A DNA stretch of 64,000 nt. Origin: an uncultured delta proteobacterium (GTDB taxonomy: Bacteria; Desulfobacterota; Binatia; UBA9968). Each line of letters opens with the position of its first letter. Positions within the stretch are counted from its first letter, which is position 1. The stretch is taken from NCBI GenBank assembly GCA_963771465.1, contig CAVYTU010000012.1, positions 160,001 through 224,000 of the forward strand, given 5' to 3'. The position numbers and the translations under genes are program-made. This document shows positions 9,789 to 20,188 of the stretch, in pieces. The notes under the pieces were generated by a model. It made no database searches. It saw only the letters and a list, made by a program, of their open reading frames with translations, and was not told the DNA's origin.

Positions 9789-10202
9789 ACGGCGGAAATC
9801 CCGGAAAGTTTTAGAGACTTGTTTGCCAAGAAATCCTTTGCTCATTTGGCGACCAACATGAGCGACGGCCGGCCGCAGGTTACGCCGGTGTGGATCGACT
9901 TTGACGGCGCATATATTCTCGTCAATTCGGCCACCGGCCGGGTCAAAGATAAGAATTTGCGACGTGACGGTCGTGTCGCCGTGTCGATTCTCGACCCCGA
10001 CAATCCCTATCGCTATCTTTCGATTTTGGGCGAGGTGGTGGAAGTCACTCAGAAAGGCGCTGATGAGCATATCGATAAGCTGGCGAAAAGATACTTGGGG
10101 CAAGAAAAGTATCCCATCCACCGACCGGGAGAAGCGCGAGTGATTTACAAAATCCGGCCGGAGAAAGTTTCCACCCACAACCAAACCCGGATTGCGCAGT
10201 AG
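9789..10202 (+). CDS. PPOX-class F420-dependent oxidoreductase-like protein
   Basis: FAHLAT..SDGRPQVTPVW, GRVKDKNLRRDGRVAVSILDPDNPYRY, HIDKLAKRYLG; SD AAGGAGG points to ACG at 9789 (alternative TTG at 9819). Confidence 0.8.
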   Translation, partial: TAEIPESFRDLFAKKSFAHLATNMSDGRPQVTPVWIDFDGAYILVNSATGRVKDKNLRRDGRVAVSILDPDNPYRYLSILGEVVEVTQKGADEHIDKLAKRYLGQEKYPIHRPGEARVIYKIRPEKVSTHNQTRIAQ

Positions 10203-10332
10203 AAATTGAAGCGCCACGCTCGGCGCACCCAATTACTTCACTGCGGAAAACGCGCTAAAACGACCCGATGCGATCGCGTCCCGCGCTGCGCCGGCTTTCT
10301 GGTACGTATTAGCGCGCTCCCAGAAGGCCGTC

Positions 10333-11745
10333 TTAGGCCACGGCGCAGGCTGATGCGCTCTGGCTGGAGAACTTATTCAATGCGGCGAGGGCGGCGACTT
10401 TATAGCATTCCGCTAGGGTGGGATAATTGAACACCGTGTCGATAAAATAGTCGAGCTTGCCGCCATGCGCCATGACCGCTTGGCCTATGTGCACCAGTTC
10501 GGTGGCGCCTTCACCGATCACGTGGACGCCGAGGAGCTGGCGGGTCTCGCTGTGGAAAAGCAGTTTGAGCATGCCGACCGTGTCGCCGATGATCTGACCG
10601 CGAGCGATTTCGCGGTAGCGCGCGACACCGACCTCATAGGGCACACCGTCGCTGGTAAGCTCATCCTCATTGCGCCCGACCATGGAAATCTCTGGAATAG
10701 TATAAATGCCGTAAGGCAAAAGATGCGTCGAGGTTTCGCAGTTCAAACCGAAGGCGTGACAGGCGGCGTGGCGGCCTTGTTGCATTGAAGTGGAAGCCAA
10801 CGCGGGGAAGCCGACAACATCGCCGACGGCGTAAATGTGCGCCCTGTCGGTTTGGAAGTTGGCATTAACTTTCAGCCGCCCACGCTCGTCCGGCTTGATA
10901 CCGATGGCTTGCAGATTCAAACTGTCGGTGGCACCGATGCGGCCCACCGAATAGACCAACAATGGCGCGCCGATTTTCTTACCGCTTTTGAGGTGAATCG
11001 ATACCGAATTGTCGGCGGATTTTTGCACGCCCACAACTTCTTCATTGAAACGCAGCGTGATGCCGATGTTGCGCATTTGATATTGCAGCGCTTCGATAAT
11101 TTCGCTGTCGACGAATTCCAGCAACCGCGACCGCTTCTCCACGAGCACGACCGGAATTCCCAAGGTTGCCAAGATACAAGCGTACTCGCAGCCGATGACT
11201 CCCGCGCCGACGATGGTCATCGATCGGGGTAACTGTTTCAGCGTCAAGAGCCCGTCGCTATCGATGACCGACTCCTCGTCAAAGGGGATTTCCGCCGGAC
11301 GCGCCGACTCGGTGCCGACGGCAACAACGATGTAGTCTGCGGTGTGCTCGTTGGATTCGGAATCTTGTTTGATCGATAGCCGGTGCGGATCGAGGAACGA
11401 CGCCGCGCCGACGATAAAGTCTACTGAATTTCTCGTCAGTTGGTTTTGAATGACTTCTTGCTCGGCTTTGACCACGTGATCACAACGCTGGGCGAGGTCC
11501 TGGAAGGTAATATCTTTTTTAACCCGATAACTCGCACCGTAAAGGGCGCGCTGGCGAAATCCTGAGAGAAACATGACCGCCTCGCGCAGCGACTTACTCG
11601 GAATCGTGCCGATATTTATGCAGATACCGCCGACGACTTTCTTGCGCTCGATGACGCCGACTTTTTTGCCGACTTTGGCCGCCTGGATCGCCGCCTTCTG
11701 GCCCGCGGGGCCGGAGCCGATCACCAACATGTCATAGTGGGCCAT
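10333..11745 (-). CDS. sthA: Soluble pyridine nucleotide transhydrogenase
   Basis: GSGPAG, GGICINIGTIPSKSLREA, GAGVIGCEYA, GFPALASTSMQQGR, FNYPTLAECYKVAAL. Confidence 0.9.
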   Translation of the reverse strand: MAHYDMLVIGSGPAGQKAAIQAAKVGKKVGVIERKKVVGGICINIGTIPSKSLREAVMFLSGFRQRALYGASYRVKKDITFQDLAQRCDHVVKAEQEVIQNQLTRNSVDFIVGAASFLDPHRLSIKQDSESNEHTADYIVVAVGTESARPAEIPFDEESVIDSDGLLTLKQLPRSMTIVGAGVIGCEYACILATLGIPVVLVEKRSRLLEFVDSEIIEALQYQMRNIGITLRFNEEVVGVQKSADNSVSIHLKSGKKIGAPLLVYSVGRIGATDSLNLQAIGIKPDERGRLKVNANFQTDRAHIYAVGDVVGFPALASTSMQQGRHAACHAFGLNCETSTHLLPYGIYTIPEISMVGRNEDELTSDGVPYEVGVARYREIARGQIIGDTVGMLKLLFHSETRQLLGVHVIGEGATELVHIGQAVMAHGGKLDYFIDTVFNYPTLAECYKVAALAALNKFSSQSASACAVA

Positions 11746-11770
11746 GTGCGTTCCTCGTTATAGGCGTCGT

Positions 11771-12721
11771 TCAAAGTTGCGTGGCGAGCCCGCTGCTTTT
11801 CAGCCTTTTATAGGCCTCGAAGCCGATGGCGACATCCATGATGCCGCTGCCCTGAAGTTTGAAAAGAGTAATTTGCCGATCGTCGTTGCGCCCGGCGGCT
11901 GTGTCGAGAAGCAAGCTCGAAATTTCGTGGACCTTGTCCCAGGTGATCACTTTGTCACGCACGGCGCGGAAAATATCGCTTTCGTTGACGCATACCGTCT
12001 CTTTGGACGTGACGAAAATTGGCTCGGCCCGGCGCAGGACCGTATCATCAAGTTCCTGGCGCGTACGGGTCTTATCACCGTTGGCGATCGACGTAATGTG
12101 CATACCTTGCTTCAAGCTGTCGCCGTCAAAGACGGGCGTCCGCGAATTCGTTGCCGTAATGAGGATATCGGCGTCGGCCATCGCTGCGTCAGCGCTTTCG
12201 GCGGCGTGGACCGGAATGCCAACTTCCCGTGCCATTTTTGCGGCGAAGGCCGCACGCCGCTCCGGCGTCGGGCTGAAAACCCAGGCTGCCGTTAATTTTC
12301 TGACAGCGGCGACCGCTTTGAGCTGGGCTTCGGCGTGCACCGCACTGCCCAAAACCGCGATGTGGCTGGCGTCGGCGCGGGCGAGATATTTCGCGCCAAT
12401 GCCGCCGGCGGCGCCGGTGCGGCACTCGTTGATCGAACAGTCTTGAAAAAGTATCAGGGGCTCGCCCGTATCGACGCTGAAGATCATGATGTTTTCGTGG
12501 TGGATGCGGCGGTCTAAGTCGGTCTGGATATAAGCGCCCATGGCGCCGTGCACCGAGCCGGGCAGGATGCCGAGAATCATCCGGTTCGGATGGTGTATGC
12601 GCCGCCGCGGCAGCTCAAAGCCGCGCCCGACGGCGACCTCTTTGAGTGTGTCTTCGATCGCCACGATCATCTCAGCCATAGAAAGAATCTGATTGATCGG
12701 CGTGTTTTTGAGGAAGAGCAT
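11771..12721 (-). CDS. Ornithine cyclodeaminase/mu-crystallin family protein
   Basis: RTGAAGGIGAKYLAR, ADILITATNS, ITLFKLQGSGIMDVA. Confidence 0.8.
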   Translation of the reverse strand: MLFLKNTPINQILSMAEMIVAIEDTLKEVAVGRGFELPRRRIHHPNRMILGILPGSVHGAMGAYIQTDLDRRIHHENIMIFSVDTGEPLILFQDCSINECRTGAAGGIGAKYLARADASHIAVLGSAVHAEAQLKAVAAVRKLTAAWVFSPTPERRAAFAAKMAREVGIPVHAAESADAAMADADILITATNSRTPVFDGDSLKQGMHITSIANGDKTRTRQELDDTVLRRAEPIFVTSKETVCVNESDIFRAVRDKVITWDKVHEISSLLLDTAAGRNDDRQITLFKLQGSGIMDVAIGFEAYKRLKSSGLATQL

Positions 12722-13107
12722 AGTGCTTGCGGCCCTGGAGGTGGAATACTCCAGCGCCAAAGAAGTCGTCAAGGTAAACTAGGTGAAATCCATGTGACGT
12801 GGTGTGTAATGGCGTTCTCTGGGAACAATGCTAACAGCTCTTCATGACTCTTTACACTGACGTGGCTTTTTGGGTTGCGGGACAATTCACATTCAACTCC
12901 CGTAGTCGTGCCATTTGCGTGAATCTTTGTGCTAGCTAGATTTGCCCGCGCAGCCAGCCGGGCGTGACTGGGATTTTGTGATCTCGGAACTGGCTCCTAA
13001 TTAACATGCCAGCCTGGCAATATTACCGCATCGGGTGGGAGTCCGCTATAAATAAATGGCGCCCCCATCGGGAGGAGGCGTCAGTGAATAGAGATGCGGG
13101 CTAGTGC

Positions 13108-13782
13108 TTATTGTGAGGCCAGGCGCGATTCGAGTCGGCGCGCGTAGCGCGACATCGAATAGCTGCAGAGCCAGTAGACGAGTGCGATGAAAAGATAGAG
13201 CTCGAAGGGACGGATTTCGCGGTTGTTGACGATCTGGGCGGCTTTGGTGAGATCGACATAGCCGATAATTGATGCAAGCGAGGTGTCTTTGACTAGGACG
13301 ATGAACTGGGTGACGAGGGCGGGAATCATATTGCGCAGCGCTTGCGGCAAGATCACGTGGCGCATCAATCGGACGTCACTCAGGCCGGTGGCGGTGGCGG
13401 CTTCGACTTGGCCGCGCGGCACCGACTGAATACCGGCGCGGACGATCTCCGCCAAATAGGCGGCTTCGAAAATCACAAAGGCTGCGAGCGCGACGCTGTA
13501 TTCCGGTAAAGACTTTCCGACCAGCGCGGGAATCATAAACCAGAACCAAAAAATCACCATCACCAGCGGCACGCCGCGAAATAGTTCGACATAAACTTTT
13601 GCCGGCCAATTGAGCCAGCGGCGGCGTGACAAACGGGCCAGGCCGACCAGTGTGCCGAGAACTGACCCAAGCACGATGGCGGGGACTGCCAAGCGCAACG
13701 TCCCGCCGGTGAAAGCGCCGATACCGAGAAAACCCTGGACGATTAAGAAGACAAAATTATTGACGATGACCTGGTAATCCAT
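13108..13782 (-). CDS. Polar amino acid ABC transporter permease (GltK-like)
   Basis: YVELFRGVPL, AEIVRAGIQSVPRGQVEAA, KDTSL. Confidence 0.9.
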   Translation of the reverse strand: MDYQVIVNNFVFLIVQGFLGIGAFTGGTLRLAVPAIVLGSVLGTLVGLARLSRRRWLNWPAKVYVELFRGVPLVMVIFWFWFMIPALVGKSLPEYSVALAAFVIFEAAYLAEIVRAGIQSVPRGQVEAATATGLSDVRLMRHVILPQALRNMIPALVTQFIVLVKDTSLASIIGYVDLTKAAQIVNNREIRPFELYLFIALVYWLCSYSMSRYARRLESRLASQ

Positions 13783-13783
13783 C

Positions 13784-14509
13784 TCAACCTTCGCCGGATT
13801 GGCCTTGCACGATCATGCCGGGTATCGCCACGCGTTTTTCGACGTAGGACAGGATCGTCGAAATGGTTAGGCAAAGTATGAAATAGATTAGCGTCCCCGC
13901 GACCAAAGCTTCAAAGGCCTTGGCAGTGTAAGTCTCAATCTGTCGGGTTTGAAAGGTCAGCTCGGCGACGCCGATAGTGAGCGCCACCGAGGAATTCTTC
14001 AGCAAATTAACCGTTTCGTTGGTCGCGGGCGGGATGATCAATCGTAGTGCGATCGGTATGATGATCAGCCGATAGGATTGCGCGACGGTAAGCCCAGTGG
14101 ACTTGGCGGCCTCGAGTTGAGTTTTCGGGATTGATTGGATGCCGGCGCGCATGACTTCGGAGAAGCGTGCGCCGTGATACACGCCCAGAGCGAAAACTCC
14201 GGCCCAGAACTCTACGCCATGTTCAAATAACCAGTTTTGGATGGCTTCGGGTAGCAGTGGCGGCACGCCGAAGTACCAGAAAAACATCCACACCAATAAC
14301 GGTACGTTGCGAAAAAACTCGACATAGCCAGCGGCCAGCCAGCGCAGCGGCGCCAAGGGCAGGGTGCGCAAAGCGCCGGAGAGAATGCCAAGAATGACGG
14401 CGAGCGCCAAGCCGTAAACGAAAATTTGCAGAGTGGTGATAACTCCCTGAAGTAACCAGCCGCCCGACTGACCGCTCCATAGGACGCTCCAGTTGAATTG
14501 ATAATTCAT
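13784..14509 (-). CDS. Polar amino acid ABC transporter permease (GltJ-like)
   Basis: YVEFFRNVPLLV, EVMRAGIQSIPKTQLEAA, KNSSVA. Confidence 0.9.
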   Translation of the reverse strand: MNYQFNWSVLWSGQSGGWLLQGVITTLQIFVYGLALAVILGILSGALRTLPLAPLRWLAAGYVEFFRNVPLLVWMFFWYFGVPPLLPEAIQNWLFEHGVEFWAGVFALGVYHGARFSEVMRAGIQSIPKTQLEAAKSTGLTVAQSYRLIIIPIALRLIIPPATNETVNLLKNSSVALTIGVAELTFQTRQIETYTAKAFEALVAGTLIYFILCLTISTILSYVEKRVAIPGMIVQGQSGEG

Positions 14510-14551
14510 GAAGGTAGTCCTGAATGCAGAGTCCTGAGACCGAATCGGAAA

Positions 14552-14803
14552 CTAGCCCGGAAGATTCGCGGTAAAACTGCGATCGGGGTGCAACCCTTCC
14601 GGAACGAAGGCAAAGCAGTCGTACTTTGAAAGTGCAGGCGACGAAAGTTGCTTTTGAGATCAGCAGTGAAAAGGTCAAACATCGTGTGCCGAGCGCCGAA
14701 CGCAGAACGAAACATTCGCGCCGGTGCCTTCGTCCCTCCAGGGTCACACCCCGATCAAGCGAGTGTCGTCACGTTTCCTCGGAGCATGAATAATTTGGGC
14801 GAG
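14552..14803 (-). repeat. ~250-nt structured repeated element, copy A (candidate ncRNA or MITE)
   Basis: Homologous to 28236-28474; long internal stems GATCGGGGTG..ACCCT/AGGGT..CACCCCGATC and GGAACGAAGGCA/TGCCTTCGTCCC; ends CTAGCCCGGAAGATTC ... GAATAATTTGGGCGAG. Confidence 0.75.
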
Positions 14804-14851
14804 GACTTCTTTCAGCTCCGATCGCCGCACTCGGAACTCATTACTTAGCAC

Positions 14852-15706
14852 TTATTTCGGCACAACTTGCAGTTGCAAGAAGCGTTTGTTTTCCGGCGTG
14901 AGCGGGTAGGGGACTTCGGCTTTGGCGCCGAACCATTTGTCGTAGATTTGAAAATATAGCCCGGATGAGATCGCGTCCATGAGTCCGACGTTGACCGCTT
15001 GGCGAAAATCCGAATCGTTCTTGCGCATCGCCATGCCGTAGGGTTCGTATGTGAAAAAATCACCGATCACCGCCCAGTCGTCGGGTTTGGGCGCTTTAGC
15101 TTTCAAACCGGCGAGCTGAATGCCGTCGTTGGTGTAGGCTTCGACTTGCTTCTGAGCCAATGCCTGAAAGGCCGCCGGCTGGTCGGGGAACTCGACTAGT
15201 TTCGCTGTCGGCGCTCGCTCGCGCACGATCTTGGCATTGGTCGAGCCTTGCTGCGCGGCAATACGCTTGCCGGCGATGCTCTGGATGCCTTTGATCGGGC
15301 TGCCTTTGCGCACGAGAAATTGCGCGCCGGTGGAGAAAAACGTCACGCTGAAATCGACTTGGTCGCGCCGCGATTGGGTATCGGTCATGGTTTCCGCGAT
15401 CAAATCGACGGCATTGGAGGTGAGCAGCGGAATGCGCGTTGGCGGCGCCGATTCTTTTTTCTCGACTTTGATCGGCTTATTGAGTTTCTTGCTCAGCGCT
15501 GGAACGATCGCCTGCTCGACCAGCTCGATGGAGAAGCCGACCCACTCGTTATTCTTATTGACGTACGCGAAGGGTGGCGAGCCGGTGCGTGTGCCGATGA
15601 TCAGTGTGCCGCTCTTGTCGATTTTTTCCAGGGTGCTTTGCGCGTTGGCCAAACTACCGAAGCCGGTGACTAACGCGATGACGCCGACGATCAAGCATCG
15701 TTTCAT
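14852..15706 (-). CDS. Polar amino acid (Glu/Asp-like) ABC substrate-binding protein
   Basis: Signal peptide, SPPFAY, TRIPLL, QVDFS, EPYGMAMRKND. Confidence 0.88.
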   Translation of the reverse strand: MKRCLIVGVIALVTGFGSLANAQSTLEKIDKSGTLIIGTRTGSPPFAYVNKNNEWVGFSIELVEQAIVPALSKKLNKPIKVEKKESAPPTRIPLLTSNAVDLIAETMTDTQSRRDQVDFSVTFFSTGAQFLVRKGSPIKGIQSIAGKRIAAQQGSTNAKIVRERAPTAKLVEFPDQPAAFQALAQKQVEAYTNDGIQLAGLKAKAPKPDDWAVIGDFFTYEPYGMAMRKNDSDFRQAVNVGLMDAISSGLYFQIYDKWFGAKAEVPYPLTPENKRFLQLQVVPK

Positions 15707-15715
15707 GGAATTCCC

Positions 15716-16444
15716 TCAGTGTGACAGGATTTTGCTCAGAAATTGTTTTGCTCTCGGTGACTGCGGTGCGGCGAAGAATTTTTCCGGCTCACTCGCTTCA
15801 ATGATCTGACCCTGGTCCATGAATATTATACGGTGCGCGACGCGCCGGGCAAATCCCATCTCGTGCGTCACCACGGCCATGGTCATGCCGTCGCGGGCTA
15901 GGTCGGTCATGACTTCCAAAACCTCATTGATCATTTCCGGATCGAGAGCCGACGTCGGCTCGTCGAAGAGCATGACTTTCGGTTTCATCGCCAACGCGCG
16001 GGCGATGGCGACGCGCTGCTGTTGGCCGCCCGACAGATTGGCCGGATAGGCGTTCGCCTTGTCGGGAATGCCGACCCGTTCCAGAAGCTCGCTGGCGACT
16101 TTCTCCGCCGTGGCCTTGTCGAGACCTTTTACTTTCATCGGTGCGAGAGTGATATTTTGCCGCACGGTCATATGCGGGTAGAGATTGAACGACTGAAACA
16201 CCATGCCGACATTGGCGCGCAGCTTGGCGGCATCAAGATTGGCGTCGGCGAGCGATAGGCCGTCGACGATGATATCGCCGGACTGAATCGTTTCCAAGCG
16301 ATTGATGCAACGGATCAACGTGCTCTTGCCGCTGCCGCTCGGGCCGCAAACCACCACTACGTTGCCCGCGTCAATAGTGAGATTGATGTCGTTTAAGACA
16401 TGCAGCGCGCCGAACCATTTGTTGACTTGACGAAATTGAATCAC
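15716..16444 (-). CDS. Polar amino acid ABC transporter ATP-binding protein
   Basis: [35 protein letters not shown]. Confidence 0.92.
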   Translation of the reverse strand: MIQFRQVNKWFGALHVLNDINLTIDAGNVVVVCGPSGSGKSTLIRCINRLETIQSGDIIVDGLSLADANLDAAKLRANVGMVFQSFNLYPHMTVRQNITLAPMKVKGLDKATAEKVASELLERVGIPDKANAYPANLSGGQQQRVAIARALAMKPKVMLFDEPTSALDPEMINEVLEVMTDLARDGMTMAVVTHEMGFARRVAHRIIFMDQGQIIEASEPEKFFAAPQSPRAKQFLSKILSH

Positions 16445-16646
16445 GGCGATAGTTCGGGTCGAAAAGATTGCAAACTGCTGGTCGGCATACTATATGAACA
16501 AGGTCATTTTGCAATAACATTTTCACGTGGATTCTCGCTCAAACAGCGGCCAATCTGCTGTCCATGCGCGCGGTCGTGCTGAGGCGCGATGAGTCGGTGA
16601 AGTTCTGCGATTCTAGACATCAGCAAAAATGGAGGTACGGCCGGCA

Positions 16647-17096
16647 GTGCGCTGCTATTTAGTCCGTCACGGCGATGCGTTATCTGCGCACGTCGATCCC
16701 GAGCGACCGCTGTCGCACCGTGGCCGGGAAGAAGTCGCTGCGTTGGGACGGATGGCGCTAGGCCGAAACGTTCAAGTCGGCGAGATTTGTCATTCCGGAA
16801 TTCGCCGCGCCCGTGAAACGGCTGAGATTTTGGCGCGCTCTCTAATGCCGCCGGGCGGCGTACGGCAGATCGCCGGTTTATTGCCGGACGACGATCCGGA
16901 GCTCGGCAAAGCCGAATTGGAATTGGTTGATGAGCCGGTCATGTGGGTTGGCCATTTGCCCTACATGAATCGGCTCGCGGCGTCGTTGGTCGCTGGCGCC
17001 CCAGCGGTGGAATTTATACCCGCGATGATGATCTGTTGCAGCAAAAACGGCGCACACTGGCGCCTCGAATGGCGTCTTGCGCCGGCGCTTGAGTGA
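16647..17096 (+). CDS. sixA: Phosphohistidine phosphatase SixA
   Basis: YLVRHGDA, RARETAEIL, VGHLPY; start may instead be ATG 16629. Confidence 0.8.
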   Translation: MRCYLVRHGDALSAHVDPERPLSHRGREEVAALGRMALGRNVQVGEICHSGIRRARETAEILARSLMPPGGVRQIAGLLPDDDPELGKAELELVDEPVMWVGHLPYMNRLAASLVAGAPAVEFIPAMMICCSKNGAHWRLEWRLAPALE

Positions 17097-17175
17097 CTCG
17101 CAGTTGACCGGCGTAAGGGGATGGTCTAAAAAGAAAAACGTGATGTGAGAAGTGTAGTAGGGAAAGGTAGAAACC

Positions 17176-18462
17176 ATGGCCTCAGAGACCTTAACCATAA
17201 CCGACAACCGGACCGGCAAGCAGTACGAGATACCGATCAAAAACGGCGCCATCAAGGCGACGGATTTGTTCCAAATCAAACTCACTGAGGATGATGGTAT
17301 CGTCAGTTACGACCCCGGCTTCATGAATACGGCTTCGTGCCAAAGCCGAATCACTTATATCGACGGTGACAAAGGCATCCTGCGCTATCGCGGCTACCCG
17401 ATCGAGCAGATCGCCGAGAAAAGCACCTATTTAGAGACCGCCTATTTGATTCTCTACGGCGAGTTGCCGACCCAATCGCAGCTTGAGGATTGGACCCGTC
17501 ACGTCACGATTCACTCCATCGTGCATGAAAATATTCGTAAGCTGATCGATCGTTTCCACTACGACGCTCATCCCATGGGTATGCTGGTGAGCGCGGCCGG
17601 CGCGCTGTCGACTTTTTATCCCAGCGCAAAGAAAATTTTCGATCTACAGTCGCGCAAGGATCAAACCTATCGGTTGATCGGCAAAATGCCGACGTTAGCG
17701 GCTTTTGCCTATCGTCATAGCTTAGGTCTGCCTTACGTTTATCCCGATAACGATCTGAGCTACACGGGAAATTTCTTGAGCATGCTGTTCAAGATGACCG
17801 AGCTCAAGTATAAGCCCAATCCCGTGTTGGAGAAGGCGTTGGACGTGCTTTTTATTTTGCACGCCGATCATGAACAGAACTGTAGTGCCAATGCTATGCG
17901 GAGCGTAGGCAGCTCCCAAGTCGATCCCTATTCTTCAATCGCCGCCGCAGCGGCGGCGCTCTATGGCCCGCTCCACGGCGGCGCTAACGAAGCGGTGCTC
18001 AGGATGCTCATGGAGATCGGCTCCAAGGACAAGGTTCCTGAATTTATTAAACAGGTCAAAGGCGGCTCGGGCCGGTTGATGGGTTTCGGTCATAGAGTCT
18101 ACAAGAACTATGATCCGCGGGCGCGAATTATTAAGCAGGTTGCCGATCAGGTGTTTGAAGTAACCGGACGCAACCCGTTGCTTGATATCGCGCTGGAGCT
18201 CGAGCGCATCGCGCTGTCCGACGATTACTTCATCAAGCGCAAGCTCTATCCCAACGTCGATTTTTATTCCGGCTTGATCTATCAGTCCATGGGATTGCCG
18301 ATGGATATGTTTCCGGTGCTGTTTGCGATCCCGCGAACTTCAGGGTGGATCGCGCAGTGGGAAGAGATGTTAACCGATCCGGAGCAAAAACTGGCTAGAC
18401 CGAAGCAAGTTTACCTTGGCGCCGGTGTTCGCGACTACGTGGTGATGGATAAACGGAAGTAA
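17176..18462 (+). CDS. gltA: Citrate synthase
   Basis: YDPGFMNTASC, LHADHEQNCS, GPLHGGANE, GFGHRVYKNYDPRA, YPNVDFYSG. Confidence 0.95.
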   Translation: MASETLTITDNRTGKQYEIPIKNGAIKATDLFQIKLTEDDGIVSYDPGFMNTASCQSRITYIDGDKGILRYRGYPIEQIAEKSTYLETAYLILYGELPTQSQLEDWTRHVTIHSIVHENIRKLIDRFHYDAHPMGMLVSAAGALSTFYPSAKKIFDLQSRKDQTYRLIGKMPTLAAFAYRHSLGLPYVYPDNDLSYTGNFLSMLFKMTELKYKPNPVLEKALDVLFILHADHEQNCSANAMRSVGSSQVDPYSSIAAAAAALYGPLHGGANEAVLRMLMEIGSKDKVPEFIKQVKGGSGRLMGFGHRVYKNYDPRARIIKQVADQVFEVTGRNPLLDIALELERIALSDDYFIKRKLYPNVDFYSGLIYQSMGLPMDMFPVLFAIPRTSGWIAQWEEMLTDPEQKLARPKQVYLGAGVRDYVVMDKRK

Positions 18463-18465
18463 ATT

Positions 18466-19878
18466 TTAGCGCAAGGTCGAGCGAATGCCGTCCAACAAGA
18501 TTTTGATCTGTTGGCCGATATGGAGACGCGGAGTGGTCAGGCCGTTTAGCTGCATGAGCGTTGTCACCGCTTGACCATAGCGGCGCGCGATCGAGAACAG
18601 CGTTTCCCCTCTTTTGACTTCATGGGTGACGACTTTCGCCGATTCGGTTTCAATGACACCCTTCAGCATGTTGTTGGCTTTGGCGAAAACCAAAGCCTTG
18701 CCGACCGGCACACGAACCGAATAGCCTTTTTCTCCAGGCGGTGTCAGATTTTTCAGCAACGCCGGGTTGAGCTCCCGGATGGTGGCGGCATCCGACTCGG
18801 CCATCTCTGCTAACGCGCTGATCTTGAGTAACCCTTCAGCGTCGACCTCGTCAAATTCTAGAGCCTCTTCGTAGCGAATGTTATTGAAGCCGTATTTGTT
18901 CGGATCATTAGCGATCAATGCGACCGCGACGAACTTGGGCACGAAGTTAAGCGTCTCTTGGCTCAGTTGATCTTTTTGTTTCATGCCCCAGAAATCGCTC
19001 GCCTTGCTTGTCTGGAGCGCTTTATTAATGGTGCCAGGACCGGCGTTGTATGCCGCGGTGACCAGGAACCAGCGGCCATAATAGCTGTGCAGCTCTTTTA
19101 GATAGGCAGCGGCGGCGCGAGTGGACTTGATCGGATCGCGCCGCTCATCGACCCAATCGTCGATCCTCAGACCGTATTGGCGCGCGGTGGCGGGCACGAA
19201 CTGCCAGAGTCCCACCGCACCGACTGGCGACGTGGCGCTGACCATCAATTCACTTTCAACCAGCGCGAGATAGCCAAGTTCTTCCGGCAATCCTTCCTCG
19301 CTCAAGGCTTTAGAAATCATCGGCATGAATTTGCCCGAGCGTCCCAGTAGCGTCTGCATTTGGCTTTTCGCCGTCGTGGTGTAGTGCTGAATGTAATGAC
19401 GCACCTTCGGATGTTCGACCACCTGCCTGGGAAACTGCAATCGGCGCCGCTCGCGCGGTTGTTCTACGGCACGATCGAGAGCTTTTTCCATTAAATCTAT
19501 CAGCTGATGGTCTGAGCTGCGCTGAGTGGCAGCTTGTGCCGGCGCCGTTGGCGGCGCGGATTTCTCTTGAGTTTCCACCGGCTGGTTCCAGCGTTCAAAG
19601 GACTTCAGCACACGCGTCGGAATTTCTGGCCGGAGCGCTGGAGGCGGTTCGGTTTCCGTGGTGACGGCAGGTTCGGCGGCACTCGCCGTTTCGAGCGCTG
19701 GGGAGGTGACGACGGTAGCGTCTGAAGTTATCGGAGAAGTTATCGTAATTGACGAGCGCGATGATGGCGTGACGAGTGCAGTTTGCGCCGGCCGATTGTA
19801 TAAACGTTCGGTGCTTGAACAGCCGACGATTCCAAGAAATGCCAACAAGAGCAGTAAACGATGTGGATTTGCTGCCAT
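18466..19878 (-). CDS. mltD: MltD-like lytic transglycosylase lipoprotein (SLT + LysM)
   Basis: Lipobox IVGC, LVES, GLWQF, AYNAG, C-terminal LysM HEVKRGETLFSIARRYG. Confidence 0.8.
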   Translation of the reverse strand: MAANPHRLLLLLAFLGIVGCSSTERLYNRPAQTALVTPSSRSSITITSPITSDATVVTSPALETASAAEPAVTTETEPPPALRPEIPTRVLKSFERWNQPVETQEKSAPPTAPAQAATQRSSDHQLIDLMEKALDRAVEQPRERRRLQFPRQVVEHPKVRHYIQHYTTTAKSQMQTLLGRSGKFMPMISKALSEEGLPEELGYLALVESELMVSATSPVGAVGLWQFVPATARQYGLRIDDWVDERRDPIKSTRAAAAYLKELHSYYGRWFLVTAAYNAGPGTINKALQTSKASDFWGMKQKDQLSQETLNFVPKFVAVALIANDPNKYGFNNIRYEEALEFDEVDAEGLLKISALAEMAESDAATIRELNPALLKNLTPPGEKGYSVRVPVGKALVFAKANNMLKGVIETESAKVVTHEVKRGETLFSIARRYGQAVTTLMQLNGLTTPRLHIGQQIKILLDGIRSTLR

Positions 19879-20144
19879 AAATAAACTACCGACCTGCGGA
19901 CGATACAAAAGTTAGCTCGTCGGCGCAACCCTCGCGCGGGACAAAATAGTTAAATCGTTAACGATCGCGTTACCGTTTCGGCGCAAAAAAATCTGCGGCA
20001 AATTTGTCTTCGCGCCGTGTAATTGGCTCTCGACGTTCCGCGTTCGTGACAGTGGAACGCGAGCACCAATCTTGATTCGCAGTCGAATCTCGCGGACGGA
20101 TTTAATTGAATGGCGCGGTGGCTTCAACGCGGTGGCAAATTTAC

Positions 20145-20188
20145 TTGACAAGCCGTCATTGAAGCCAATAGATTCCAAACCGTTTCCA
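20145..20188 (+). promoter_or_regulatory. Putative sigma70 promoter with overlapping LacI-like operator upstream of the catabolic cluster
   Basis: TTGACA(20145)-18 nt-TAGATT(20169), followed by CCAAACCGTTTCCA. Confidence 0.35.

Noticed and set aside
12780-13107. Possible ncRNA or small gene in this intergenic gap
   Set aside because: No convincing stem set, repeat or ORF with an SD found by eye
14223-14848. ORFs over the repeated element (also 28154..28474 and 28215..28460) as a conserved small protein
   Set aside because: Similar translations arise only because the DNA is repeated; indels between copies break the frame, and conservation follows base pairing
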